Assembly (NCBI GenBank): GCA_030390025.1
Contig: CM059439.1
Span: 55,428,001 to 55,492,000, forward strand
From: Squalus acanthias
Lineage: Eukaryota
Direction: 5' to 3'
DNA: 64,000 nucleotides
Each line of letters begins with the position of its first letter. Position 1 is the first letter of the stretch. Positions 39,591 to 51,402 of the stretch are shown one piece after another. The notes under the pieces were generated by a model. The model saw only the letters and a list, made by a program, of their open reading frames with translations, was not told where the DNA came from and made no database searches. The position numbers were made by a program, and so were the translations under genes.

Positions 39591-39998
39591 CTGGTTTGCA
39601 AAGAAAAAACATATCTTAGTGCCTTACTAATAAGACACAACACTGCATTCCGCAGTAAGAAAAAAGGAAGAAAGAACTTTCAGTTATGTAGCACTTTTCA
39701 TGACTTCTGGAAATCCCAATGGAGTACTTTTAAAGTGTAATTACTGTTGTAATTCAGGGAGATGGTGCAGCCAATTTGTGCACTGCAAGGTCCCACAAAC
39801 AGCAATCAGATAAATTGCCAGATAATCTGTTTTGGTGATGTTGGTTGAGGGGGGTAAATGTTGGCAAGGACACCAGGAGAACTTCCCTGCTTTTCTTCAA
39901 ATAGTGGTCATGATGCGGAGATGCCGGTGTTGGACTGGGGTGGACAAAAATGAGAAGTCGCACAACACCAGGTTATAGTCCAACAGTTTTATTTGAAA

Positions 39999-40036
39999 TC
40001 ACAAGCTTTCGGAGCTATCGCCCCTTCCTCAGGTGA
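39999..40036 (-). ncRNA. Minimal type I hammerhead ribozyme motif (ROR1-sense copy)
   Basis: Mirror of 40346-40383: TCAC-CTGAGGA-A-GGGGC(GATA)GCTCC-GAAA-GCTT-GTGA. Confidence 0.7.
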
Positions 40037-40345
40037 AGTAAAGAAATACAGAATCGACAAAGCATATATAGATAGAGAACAATGCATCTGTAACTTACAA
40101 TGGCAGACGACTACATTTAAATCATCCTGACTGTTTATCTGCCGAGGTGTGACAAAAGGCAATTTGTCTCAGTTGTATCTTGCTATGTCTTTGATGTGGT
40201 ACCTTCCTGGCTGACTTGATTGCCTTTTGTCACACCTCGGCAGATAAACAGTCAGGATGATTTAAATGTAGTCGTCTGCCATTGTAAGTTACAGATGCAT
40301 TGTTCTCTATCTATATATGCTTTGTCGATTCTGTATTTCTTTACT

Positions 40346-40383
40346 TCACCTGAGGAAGGGGCGATAGCTCCGAAAGCTTGTGA
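40346..40383 (+). ncRNA. Minimal type I hammerhead ribozyme motif
   Basis: Stem I TCAC/GTGA, core CUGAGGA...GAAA, 5-bp stem II with GAUA loop, palindromic AAGCTT helix III, CUU cleavage triplet. Confidence 0.7.
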
Positions 40384-40654
40384 TTTCAAATAAAACTGTT
40401 GGACTATAACCTGGTGTTGTGCGACTTCTCATTTTTTTCTTCAAATAGTGCCATGGGATCTTTTACGTCCACCTGTAAGGACAGCCAGGGCTGCAGTTTG
40501 TCTCATCCGAAAGACGGCACCTCCAACGGTCCAGCACTCCTTCAGTACAGTACTGAGGTCAGCCTAGTTTATGTGCTCAAGTCTCTGGATTGTGGCTTGA
40601 AACCCCAACCTTCTGACTCTGAGGTGAGAGTGCTACCACTGAGCCAAGGCTGAC

Positions 40655-41035
40655 ACATCAGTAACAAAGCACAACCAACATCAGTAATAAAACACAACAC
40701 TCCATCATACTTCAATAGTAAAACACAACATTCCTAAAGTACTTCAGCAAAAAAATACAACACTGCTCAGTACTTCAGTAGTAAAACACAGCACAGCACT
40801 CTTCAGTACTTCAGGAATAAAGCACAACACAAGTAATAAAATATACATGAACTGCAGGAATAAAGTATAATGCTTCTTAGTAATAAAACTATGATGAATT
40901 TCAGTAATGAAAGTACCGTACACCAATGTAACAAAATACAATACCCACTGTATAAAAACATCACACACCTCAATAATAAAGTTCAATGTACTCCGTCTTA
41001 AAGTACAATGCATCTCAATAAGAAAAGTACAACAT
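40655..41035. repeat. Degenerate minisatellite, 22-36-bp units
   Basis: About 14 diverged copies of (ac)ttcagtaataaaacacaacac. Confidence 0.7.
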
Positions 41036-41657
41036 ATTTTAGCTATAAAATTGTTATCTCTTTACACAGTGAAATAACTATTGGCATCAACAGTGACCTG
41101 AATTCAGTGGCAGTAAGATTATGGATATTGCTGCTCATCCAGTGAGACCCTTAACTTTAAAGGTTCACTTTCAGAAAAAGCTGAACAGGCGATCCTTCTC
41201 GCACCTCCACCTCTCTCTTTGTCAAATCTTTCTTGTCTGTCTCTATTTTATCAATACTTCTACAGTCACTGCTCCCCCAAACTTTCCTCTATTATTCCCC
41301 GTGAGCCTCAAAGATACTATCCTGCAGACTGTCGCTGCTCCTTGCATATTCCCTGCACCACCCCACACTCTGACTTGTGCTTTCTCAGAGCCCTCAAGGC
41401 TGTGGAACACCTAATCCTTCCTTGGCCTTTCCTTCTTTTATAATGTCCAGGTTTTGAAAGTCAAACTTAGCATCACCTGACCACTACTTGTTGATTTATC
41501 CCATCTTCTGCTCTTTGTAACCTTGTTACCGTCCTGAACTACGGATCCTGGCCCTCCCTGATGCTTCTCAATTTGAAAAAAAGGATAAAAGTACAGTGTA
41601 CTAACTCACTGCACTATATCCAGTTCCCCTTCAGAAATTTCAATTGATGGTCCTTAC

Positions 41658-41903
41658 CACACAGTGGAATTTCACACAACTCCAACTTGACTGATTCATC
41701 CAGAGTAAAGCACCACGGAGCATCCTTGTGGTTCCCTGGATTCCGGCAATATGAGTGGCCACCATTCAGTTCGGGATATTTAACCGCAGTGTAAGAATGA
41801 CTGTGTGGATACTGGGAGTTCCATGGCTGACACTGTCGCCCTGATTTGGTTACACTCACGGTGCCACGATAATCAATACCGCTAATATTAAAACATTTGT
41901 GAT
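41658..41903 (-). CDS. ROR1: ROR1 exon 7: kringle domain
   Basis: cacag|AT...TG|gtaagg, 246 nt; [33 protein letters not shown]...[19 protein letters not shown]. Confidence 0.97.
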
Positions 41904-42004
41904 CTGTGGGGAAAAAACACACAGTATAGGAATACCACTCAGCAAAGAGATTTAAAAAAATCACGAGGAGTTTTCTTGACGGCTCAATTAATTTACCCAG
42001 CAAG

Positions 42005-42360
42005 TACCTAAGCCATAGACTAGGAAAGTCTCAGGTTCGGTCCCTAAATTTGTGCTAAGTAAGCTGAGCTCAGCTGGAGCTGCCAGTGAAGCATTAAAAT
42101 GGCCACAGCAGCTCTAGGTTTGGAAAGGGCAAATCAGCTGGGGCTCATGCTCTCGATGTCGATACAGCAGTCCTTGCTGGAAAGGTATGTATGTGGACAT
42201 CTGGTGAACGAAGGATCAGTTTCAGCTGTGATGCCCCTTGTGGTCACACAGTTTGCTGACATTCATTACCACATGTGAAGAATGGCCAATCGCTGCCTGT
42301 GAAACAATATCCCAGCAAGGAGTCAACGTGTTCAGGAGAGGAGGGGAGAAAACTGGCAAG
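42005..42360 (+). mobile_element. LF-SINE-like copy
   Basis: agactaggaaagtctcaggttcg...tgctggaaag...gaagaatggcca...ttcaggagaggaggggagaaa. Confidence 0.8.
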
Positions 42361-42559
42361 AAAGAAAAAATTGTGCATCTAAGTATTCCCAAACCTCTCA
42401 ATACCCATGTTTATATTAGCAGAGAGAAACTGCATTATAATGCAACAATATCGTTCCCAATCTTTTCCAGTTTTCTTCTTTCCTTGTTTGAATGCAGCTC
42501 CATATTTTTACTTCAGGTTTAATCCTAGTTGGCAGGCTATTTGACCATGAAAGCTGAGC

Positions 42560-42940
42560 CTGATTGCCCAATGGCTCAGTAGCTGATTACATTTTACGTG
42601 TTCTACTGAGCTATACACGCCAGGACTGTCTCTGTTGAGTTAACTGACCTCAGCTTGGGCAGTGGTAGGGACATTATTATTGACCTCAGCGCCTCTGGGT
42701 TAGGGATGAGGGGAAAGAAATCAATCAGGATTCCTACTCCTGATTGCAATGCACTGCTGGTAGTATGTCTGATGTCCATACATCCAACAGGGTCAGGCGC
42801 AGCTGTTGCAACCCCCATGGTGGAATAGTTCTGTTGCCATAACACTGATCTCTTGAATGAGATAATTACCAACACTTGTGGAATTAGCCCCTGCACCAGA
42901 TACTGCCTTCGGAAAAGGAGGGGTAAAGGGAGAAAATTGG
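42560..42940 (+). mobile_element. LF-SINE-like copy
   Basis: gagttaactgacctcagc...ggattcctactcctgat...tggtggaatag...ccttcggaaaaggagggg. Confidence 0.7.
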
Positions 42941-43036
42941 ATGAGAAGAAATGTAAAAAAGAATTCCACAGAAACTTCTCAATACTGTAGAACTGACCAA
43001 TATTCTCTTTCAGTCGAGGTTCACATCTTTACTTAC

Positions 43037-43354
43037 TCTTATTGATAGGTTCTGCCATAGGAATTCCGATGCGCATGCAGTTTGCTGCCTCCGGACTGTC
43101 TGGCATGGGGAGATCTTCACAGTTTGGCAGCTTCAATCTCATTAGGATCAAAGGATTTGATCTGGCGAAAATATATTCGGTCTTGCAAAGGTCATTTTCC
43201 AGGATCTCGCACTCATCTCTGCAAAGGTCACGAGGTTTGGGTATCGACGAGGTATCGTCGCAGTAAGGGAAAGCAAAGTGGCACAGCGAGGGGATGGCGA
43301 ACTGGGAACAACGGTCTGTTAGGTGATTTGAGGTTCCAATCATCGTAAAAGCAG
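43037..43354 (-). CDS. ROR1: ROR1 exon 6: Frizzled-like CRD, C-terminal part
   Basis: ctgtag|CT...GA|gtaagt, 318 nt; [32 protein letters not shown]...[10 protein letters not shown]...[14 protein letters not shown]. Confidence 0.97.
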
Positions 43355-43619
43355 CTACAGGGTAAATGAGCAAGATTATCAACTTGCTTAGTGCTTTAAA
43401 TCATTCAAATTTTCCAAATCAGTAACAGTAATTATATTAAATAAAACAGCCTGACTCAGAGCTCAATTCAAGTTTATGGAAAAATCAGAATGACAGAGAT
43501 TCTTTACTAATTGCATCAACACATATTTCTTCAAGGAACTTGCAAGAGGCTCTGCTATTCCAAGAAAATGATTCTAGGACAGCTAGTTTCAATGTAAATA
43601 ACTCTTTCCTTTAAATGTT

Positions 43620-44025
43620 CCAACGATCCCCTGATAACTCATTGGGTTAATACACTGCTGAGTGTGGAACTAAGCCCCGAAGGTCCGAGGTTTAATTCCA
43701 AGTCAGTGCTGAGTTATCTAATCTCAACTGGAATAGCGAGAGAAGCACTACAATTGCCGAAAAGGTTACTGGGCTAGTGGAGGTAAAAAATAAAAATCAG
43801 CCACGGTTCTCACTCCTGATGGCTCTTCAACAACACTTGTTGGAAAATGTGCATCTTTGGGATATCAGGCTAGAAAACAAATTGGACTTGTCTGCAATGC
43901 ACGCTCTCCTTCTACTGCGGTTGAATAATGTCTAGACTCGCACATTTAGAATGGCCTCTTGGGCAGGATACTGGAAGGTGACCAGTGCCCATGGAACCAC
44001 ATGCCACTATGAATCAGCACTTTAC
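43620..44025 (+). mobile_element. LF-SINE-like copy
   Basis: actcattgggttaatacactgc...gtgctgagtta...aaatcagcca...gaatggcctcttgggc. Confidence 0.75.
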
Positions 44026-44159
44026 CCAACTTGGCAAATGCCAGAGACAGAATCCATAATTTACTAACTGCAGTAAAAGCTTTTAACTTTCAGTGTGACG
44101 GCAGCTTGAGGTCAGCACCTTTATCACAGCTCATCATTATCATCCAATATCTCCCTTAC

Positions 44160-44287
44160 CTGTGATTTGATTTTCAATTTCCCCTTGCATCTGTAGCGAG
44201 TCCACGTAAATGCTGCTGTTTGCGATGAACCTCGCACAGGCGATGCCCCTGTAGGGCTGACAAAAGCCATCTTCTTCAAATATATCT
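44160..44287 (-). CDS. ROR1: ROR1 exon 5: start of the Frizzled-like CRD (not in ORF track)
   Basis: ctccag|AG...CAG|gtaagg, 128 nt; [42 protein letters not shown]. Confidence 0.96.
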
Positions 44288-44749
44288 CTGGAGGGTGAAA
44301 GGAAAGGCAGCAGTGAGTTTCATTTTAAAGTGTTCATTTAAATCACAACTTGATGGTCACTAGAGGGCACTGTTATAAACATCTTTACCGATTTCAAATC
44401 CAGTTCTCTTGTTGCAATATTCAAAAATCATCCAAGAACATCTTGAAAAAATTAAGTTCTTAAAAAAAATAAAGACCTTCAGTGAGCTTCTAATTTTAGC
44501 TCTTTTAGCCAGTAGAAAAACAAAATTCTCAAGTGCTTCATACTTGCAGTATTATGTTGAGTTTCTTTTTCTTTCCAATTATTCTGCCCCCCCTCCCCTG
44601 ATGTCACTGATTCTACTAGGGTTTGGGCCCACAAGCACTGGCATCCTTCATACAAGTGGTGATTCTTCATGACTGTATCCAGACAGTGAGTGAAGACAGG
44701 TTATTTACAGCCAAGCCCAATCCTGCCCAAAGAATGTGCCCAGGGACCA

Positions 44750-45088
44750 CTCCAAGAAATGAGCACAGAATCTAAACTGATGGTTTAGTGCTGCCTTATC
44801 AGAGGTGTCATCTTTTGGATGAGATGTTAAACTGAGGTCCTGTCTGCCTGTTCAGGTGCATATTAAAGATCCAATGGCAGGGTGTTGGCCAACACCATCA
44901 AAAACAGATTAACTGGTCATTCATCTCATTACTGTTTATGAGATCTTGCTTTACACAGTTTGATTGCCGTGTTTGCTGAAATAATAATAGTAACCCCACT
45001 AGAAAAGTAACTTGTGTGAAGCATTTTGAGACAATTCTCAGAGACATGATAAAGCAATATATACGTGCAAGGTGGTTTTTCTTTCTTT
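44750..45088 (+). mobile_element. Deu-domain SINE inside a minus-strand LF-SINE (about 44590-45170)
   Basis: ggtgtcatcttttggatgagatgttaaac...caggtgcatattaaagatccaatggca; tail atatacgtgcaag..tttctttctt; LF-SINE halves on both sides. Confidence 0.7.
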
Positions 45089-45336
45089 AGGGGGCCATTG
45101 GATAGCAATCATCAACAAGTACCCTGACTGAATTTCCTCTTCCTATTCCTTCTGAGGCCAATTGTAGTGTTGAGTTTTAAAGATATATGAATACAGGTAA
45201 GAAGGGTCTGTAAATGACATGATCACGTACTGTGGAAAATAGAGAATAAACATTCAATTTGATTATGATAGCTCTTTTTTTAAAGTTGTATATGTCAGTA
45301 TTGAGGATTCCCCAATGGCTTAGTGGACAAACACAT

Positions 45337-46385
45337 TATAAGAACATAGAACATAAGACATAGGAGCAGGAGTAGGAGTAGGTCATTTGGCCCCTCGAGC
45401 CTGCTCCGCCATTCAATAAGATCATGGCTGATCTGATCTTGGCTTCAACTCCACTTCCCTGCCCGCTCCACATAACCCTCGACTCCCTTACCATTCAAAA
45501 ATCTGTCTATTTCCACCTTAAATATATTTAATGACCCAGCCTCCACAGCTCTCTGTGAAGAGAATGCCAAAGATTCACGACCCTCTGAGAGAAGAAATTC
45601 CTCCTCATTTCCGTTTTAAAAGGGTGCCCCTTTATTCTGAAATTATGCCCCCTAGTTTGAGATTCCCCCACGAGAGGAAACATCCTCTCTGCATCTACCC
45701 TGTCAAGCCCCTTCAGAATCATATATGTTTGAATAAGATCCCCTCTCATTCTTCTAAACTCCAATGAGTATAGGCCCAACCTGCTCAACCTTTCTTCATA
45801 AGACAACCCTTTCATCTCCGGAATCAACCTCGTGAACCTTCTCTGAACTGCCTCCAATGCAAGTATATCCTTTCTTAAATAAGGAGACCAAAACTGTACG
45901 CAGTACTCCAGGTGTGGTCTCACCAACGCCCTGTACAGCTGTAACAGGACATCCCTACTTTTATACTCCATTCCCTTTGCAATAAAGGCCAACATTCCAT
46001 TTGCCTTCCTAATTACTTGCTGTACCTGAAAGCTAACTTTTTGTGATTCATGTACAAGGACCCCCAGATCCCTCTGTACCTCAGCATTTTGTAATCTCTC
46101 CCCATTTAAATAATAATTTGCTTTTTTATTTTTCCTACCAAAGTGGATAACCTCGCATTTTCCCACATTATACTCCATCTGCCAGATTCCTGCCCACTCA
46201 CTTAGCCTATCTATATCCCTTTGGAGATTCTTTGTGTCCTCCACACAATTTGCTTTCCCACCTATCTTTGTATCAGCAGCAAATTTGGCTACATTACACT
46301 CGGTCCCTTCATCTAAGTCATTAATATAGATTGTAAATAGTTGAGGCCCTAGCACTGATCCCTGCGGCACCCCACTAGTTACAGT
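45337..46385 (-). mobile_element. 5'-truncated CR1 LINE
   Basis: ORF 45528-46403 TSGVPQGSVLGP...RPHLEYCVQFWSP; (TAAGAACA)n tail. Confidence 0.95.
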
Positions 46386-47641
46386 TGTGACATATCGAGC
46401 CATCTAGACCAAGGAGTACCCTGTAACGTGGCCACATGTAATATTTCTATCACTTGCTTGGGTGAGATCAGCTAACTCAGCGCAGATCAAAGATCAGGAC
46501 CTTCCTCGCCTGTATAGCTTAGTGCTCCATCAAGCAATGCCTTTACCAACAGGGATTCTAAAAGTACAGTATAACTTTTCAGATCACATTTTAAAGACAA
46601 AACTGATGCATCTAATTCTGTTGTACAACCCATTGTACCTATTGCTGTTACCACCTTGTTTCCTCTTTTGTTGTTCAGCTGTGGTTGTGACCTTGGGTGG
46701 AAGACCTGCTCCCATCTCTGTACCAATGCTACTTGGACTGGCAACTGGGAGTTGGTCAAGTCTGGAACCAAGGGCACAGGAGTGACTGTTTCTCCAATTT
46801 TTCCTCCCTCCTTTTGAGAAAGTGACTTGTCTCCACTCAAAAACTCCTGAGTGATGTGGCTAAGATGAGGATCTCGGCAAGTGACAGATTATGGGGCCTT
46901 ACCACCCCTGGCACTGCTAGTGTTTTGCTACTCTGTCTACTTCAATGGATATGGAGAAATCATAGGCTGTATTTCAAATGAATTCTATTTACAATAACAG
47001 CATTAGTGGCTCATTCATTGCCCCTCAGTCCCCCACAATGGCTGGTCCTGTACAAATTTTCAAGCTGGGGTCTCCAAAACCCTAAGAAATCCACCAAGGG
47101 ATCGTGGGGTCCCTGAAGTCTTTAGATTTCTTTATTTTTATTTTGTAGTTTTTGTCTTGCACACTGATTCCATTCTAAATATAATAAAAACATTTTCTGC
47201 AATGATGATACTGTTTCCTGTGGGTAGCTGACCTGTTCAGAAGGAGACGGTCCCTGACACAGAAAAGCTTGAAAACCATTACTATATACAAATAATTGTG
47301 CATCCCTAGATTGATCTGTACTTGGAGTCAACCTCTAATCTAGCTGCTTCAGCTGTGGAATTCACGTTGCTACAATCGGTGCTCTAGAGCTGGGGAAATT
47401 TTAGGAGTGACTTTTGTGAAATACAGGAAACTCTCGTTTAAACGGCACCTAAATATCCGGAATTCTCTATTAACCGGCAAAATTCATACTCCGAAAACTC
47501 CTCTCCAATAACCGGCAATGTTTCCGAGTCCGAGTCTCCCGCGAACGCCGAGTTAGTCAGTGGGGGTAGTTCTCCAAAGTGCCACTACTCGGCTTCCTGG
47601 TGCTGTCGGAAGTCCGAACACCGCAATAACAGGAGTCTGAT

Positions 47642-47790
47642 TCTCCCGCGCTGCCCGTAGTCTCTTCAGATCCGCCATTTTACTGCGTGTCTCCCGCGCT
47701 GCTGGTAGTCTCTTCTGATCCGCCATTTTACTGTGTGTCTCCCGTGCTGCTGGTAGTCTCTTCCTAGCCACCATTTTTCTGTGTGTCTCT
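47642..47790 (+). repeat. Three 48-bp tandem repeats in the Tigger 5' region
   Basis: Units start at 47642, 47690 and 47738; each contains C(C/A)GCCATTTT or CACCATTTT. Confidence 0.9.
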
Positions 47791-47827
47791 CCATCTTTAT
47801 CGGGAATTATCTCCCCCATCTTGCATT

Positions 47828-49585
47828 ATGGAATTCCCAAAAGCTGGTCCAAGCAAAAGGAAGAGAGTGGTCTTAACTTTAAAACAGAAAATCGAGATAT
47901 GCCAACGACTAGAAAGGGGAGAGAAGCGTATCAACATTATGAATGAATTCAAAATCGGTTCGTCAACAATCTACGACATCAAATCGCAGAAGGATAAGCT
48001 GCTCAAGTTTTATTCAAGCTCGGAGACATCCAAGAGTGTAGAGAAACGGCGTACGCTTCGTAAGCCTAAGCTTGAAGAGCTGGATACCGTGCTTTATGAG
48101 TGGTTTTCTCTTAAGCGTTCAGAGGGTGTTCCACTTTCCGGACCCATGTTAATCGAGAAAGTGAAGGATTTCTACGAAAGGATGGAGCTCACTGACAAGT
48201 GTGCTTTCTCTGAGGGATGGCTAACGTGCTTCAAGTCACGGCAGAGATACGACGACTCGATATTTCCGGGGAGAAGAAATCAGCTGATCACGACGCCGCA
48301 GAAGAATACTGCGATTATTTCAATCAGATTGTGCAGCAACATGATTTGTCGCCAGCAGAGATATATAATGCCGATGAAACTGGCTTGTTTTGGAGGTTTT
48401 TGCCAGAATCAACGCTTGCTGGGGCTAGTGAGGCTAATGCTTCAGGTTACAAGAAAAATAAAGATCGTGTAACCGTGCTAACATGTGCGAACGCTGCTGG
48501 ATCACACCGGGTTAAACTTCTTGTTAGCGGGAAGTATAAAAATCCCTGTGCATTTAAAAATGTGAGGCACTTACCTGTTGGGTACAAAGATCAAAAAAAA
48601 TGCTTGGATGGATAAGGAAATCTTCTCCTATTGGTTCCATCATATTTTTGTTCCATCTGTGAGGGAACATTTCCGTAAAATAGGGAAACCTGAAGATAGC
48701 AAATGCATTTTATTGCTTGATAATTGTAGAGCCCATCCGCATGAATCCGAGTTGGTTTCGGGAAATATTTTCACCATTTATTTGCCACCAAATGTAACTT
48801 CTCTCATACAACCCATGGACCAGGACGTTATCCAAAATCTGAAGTGTCATTACAAGAAAGACTTCCTACGTAAACTGATAAACCAAGATGACAATATTCA
48901 CGCATTTCAGAAGGAATACAGTATTAAAGATGCCATCTATAATGTTGCATGTTCCTGGAACTTGGTGAAAGGTCACACTCTGAGGCAAGCCTGGCGCAAA
49001 TTGTGGCCTTCTGTAATGTTTGCTGAAGGTTCTTCTTCAGAGGAGGAATTTCATGGGTTCAATGTTCGTCCCAAGAAGAGTACAATAATGGAAATGGCTG
49101 GTATGGTGAAAAATGTAGGCCCAGCAAACCCTCTACGTCACCTCAGTGAAAGTGATATCGAGCAGTGGGTTGATACAGATAGAGAAGTTGGTGTTGTGCA
49201 TATGCTGAGTGATGATGAAATAATTGAGAGTGTTTTGAATCCAAAGAAAGAAAAGGAAAGTGAGATGGAAAGTGAAGAGGATGAGATTTCTGAAGAGAAC
49301 AAGATTTCTTGGGCTAAAGCTGCTGAAGGATTTTCTTCAATCCTCCAATTTGCTGAAAGACAGCCTTGCTACTCTGCCCAAGAAATTATGCAACTCCATA
49401 TTCTGCATTCCACGTTTCTACAGAAAAGGCAAGAGTCCACTAAGCAAGCTGACATCCGGGACATGTTTAAGAAAGCTTCCAAAAGAGTCGAAGCAGTGGA
49501 AGTGCCTGAAAAATCTGTGGAAGTGCATGATCCTGATGACCCAGCTGGCATGGATATTCCTGATGAACCAGTTGACTTGGAATAA
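47828..49585 (+). pseudogene. Tigger/Jerky-like transposase (HTH-psq, CENP-B HTH, DDE_1) with two single-base indels
   Basis: [50 protein letters not shown] (DD32D); shifts at about 48243 and in the A8 run at 48593-48600; reconstructs to about 585 aa. Confidence 0.92.
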
Positions 49586-50479
49586 GTGTACAGTCAACTA
49601 CAGTACTGTATACAGTCGTTTATAAGTTTTGTTTTACTGTTAAGTAATGAGAGAGTTATGGATTACCCTCAACTGGCATTACTGTACTTAATCAAGCATC
49701 TTCCACCATCCATTTAACACAACATTCTGTAGGTGAGTACCCAATTACTGTATACTGCACATTTCTTGATTTTTTTATTTTTGTTTGTTAAAAATAGCCT
49801 CGGTAGATAACCCTCTCCATCATCCGGAATTTTTTTTCAACCAGCACCACCCTGGTCCCGTCGGTGCCGGATACCAAAGAGTTTCCTGTACATCTTTATG
49901 CATTATGCTTATATTAATAACTTCCAAATCTTGGCATAGCATACCACAAAATTCTAAAAGCTGAAATAATTAAAGGACAACTGAAAATACCACACAGAAA
50001 AATTCTGACAAAAAAGGTAGTAATTTGGGGAAGAACTGACTCGTTTTCAACCGATGTGGATTCAACAATCGCTCCCAAGCCCATTATTGCAAATCACATC
50101 TTCCTGAAATGGAATACACTAGCCACAACTGATATCAAATGTAACTGATGAAAGGATATTTCATTTGAAATAGATGTGATTACACTGGAATGTTGTAGGT
50201 ATTCTCTACACAACCGCAGAAAAGAAAATGAGCTGCTCAGAGAAAGCAAACAGTGAGAAATATTTGGGCTCACAACTGGATTCTGGCCATTCCTTCTCAA
50301 ACAGCTGCAAAAATCTATCACACTGTTTCCCCAAAGTAAATTAAAAGGACCATTAAACCATCTACTATGTCCGGGACTCTTACAGTCCAGACAATCTGTC
50401 CAATGTATCTGAGGTACATACTTGGCAACTAACATTTCTTAAAGCAGACAGTTGGGGGAGAGGGGGGGGAGAGGGAAGA

Positions 50480-51085
50480 TATTTGTATAGCACCACAGAC
50501 CAGCGCAAAATGGGCATCATGCCTGTAATGCTCGCCCGAAGATGTCAGCCCAGGCATGCAGCCAATGCCAACCAGGCGTCCTGATGCAGCACATCAGTTG
50601 GGGTCTTGGAAAATTTAGCTGTCTCCGCAGGTAAAACCTGGGGTGGGGGGGGGTGTGGCGGGAAACAGGAGGCGGGGGGACGGGACGGGACGGGACGAGC
50701 CTGGGCTAGCTGCGGCCCTCAGTAATTTTGTGGAGCTAGGAGGAGCACTCCTGCTACTCCTGGCTCCACAGAAACAGAAGCATAACGAAGTCAGCTTACC
50801 TTATTGTGGGTGGTCTCCAATGGTCCCTTTAAGGATTGCTGGCCAGGCCACTATAGACCCAGAAAACTGAGCGGCGCAAGGGAGCAAGCTCTGCCCAGTT
50901 GATGACGAATTTGGAGCTCAGCCCTAAAACAGGTTTTAGAATCCTAGTTTGCAAATTCAAGGGCCTGATGCTTGCTTCAGGCGAGCACCCTGCTGGACAC
51001 TTGGAAATTACCCTCTTCCAATTTGAAGCCGGTGCACCTCCACGAGAAAACAAGGCCCAAAATTGGGCAAGTTTTCTGCCCAAAA
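50480..51085. mobile_element. Probable non-autonomous Harbinger-type DNA element
   Basis: GC-rich; ends in AAGTTTTCTGCCC; shares actcctgct.ctcctggc.ccaca..cttacct with 52685-52740. Confidence 0.45.
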
Positions 51086-51402
51086 AACGGTTGCGACGAG
51101 GACCAAATCACTCCCCCTTGGTGTTTCAACCCATATGTCAGCTTGTCAATGTCTCACAAGAAAAATGAACATTTTGCCACTGGGATTGGAGATTGTCAGT
51201 ATTGGCAAATTAGATTGGTTGGAAAACAGAACTAAAGATTGTTAGAAGTAATCAGATTGGTTGGTGATTGGGATGGAACCTGTAAGGACCATTCAGATGT
51301 TACTTTCTTGCACTGTTGGTTGTGCATGAACTTAAGGCAGAAAGATTTTAAGATGACTTGATGGTTTCTGAGAGTTGCAGTTACAATTATGTTTATTTCG
51401 TA

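Larger units (their letters stand above)
39907..40434 (-). mobile_element. Penelope-like family B insertion made only of inverted pseudo-LTRs (perfect 218-bp hairpin)
   Basis: Arms 39946-40163 and 40219-40436 are reverse complements around a 55-bp spacer. The 3' ~130 bp matches 58325-58455. 16-bp TSD TTTTCTTCAAATAGTG at 39891-39906 and 40435-40450. Confidence 0.93.
39665..40657 (-). mobile_element. Deu-domain tRNA-derived SINE (SacSINE/AmnSINE-like) split by the Penelope insertion
   Basis: tRNA-like head at about 40590-40657; Deu core (atagtgccatgggatcttttacgtccacctg, tctcatccgaaagacggcacctcc); L2-like tail at about 39665-39700. Confidence 0.8.
47424..49888 (+). mobile_element. Complete Tigger/pogo DNA transposon
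   Basis: TA|CAGGAAACTCTCGTTTAAACGGCACC ... GGTGCCGGATACCAAAGAGTTTCCTG|TA (about 26-bp TIRs, TA TSD at 47422-47423 and 49889-49890); 2465 bp. Confidence 0.95.

Noticed and set aside
40590-40657. tRNA gene
   Set aside because: Degenerate tRNA-derived SINE head without a full cloverleaf
40655-41035. CRISPR-like repeat-spacer array
   Set aside because: Units are degenerate and irregular, there are no cas genes, and the context is a vertebrate intron
46705-46765. Minus-strand DQLPVASPSS resembling ROR1 micro-exon 4 (GPPPTASPG)
   Set aside because: No AG acceptor or GT donor in the required phase. Exon 4 is probably beyond the window across a long intron.
47828-49585. Domesticated JRKL/TIGD gene
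   Set aside because: Intact TIRs, TA TSD and frameshifts show it is a transposon copy
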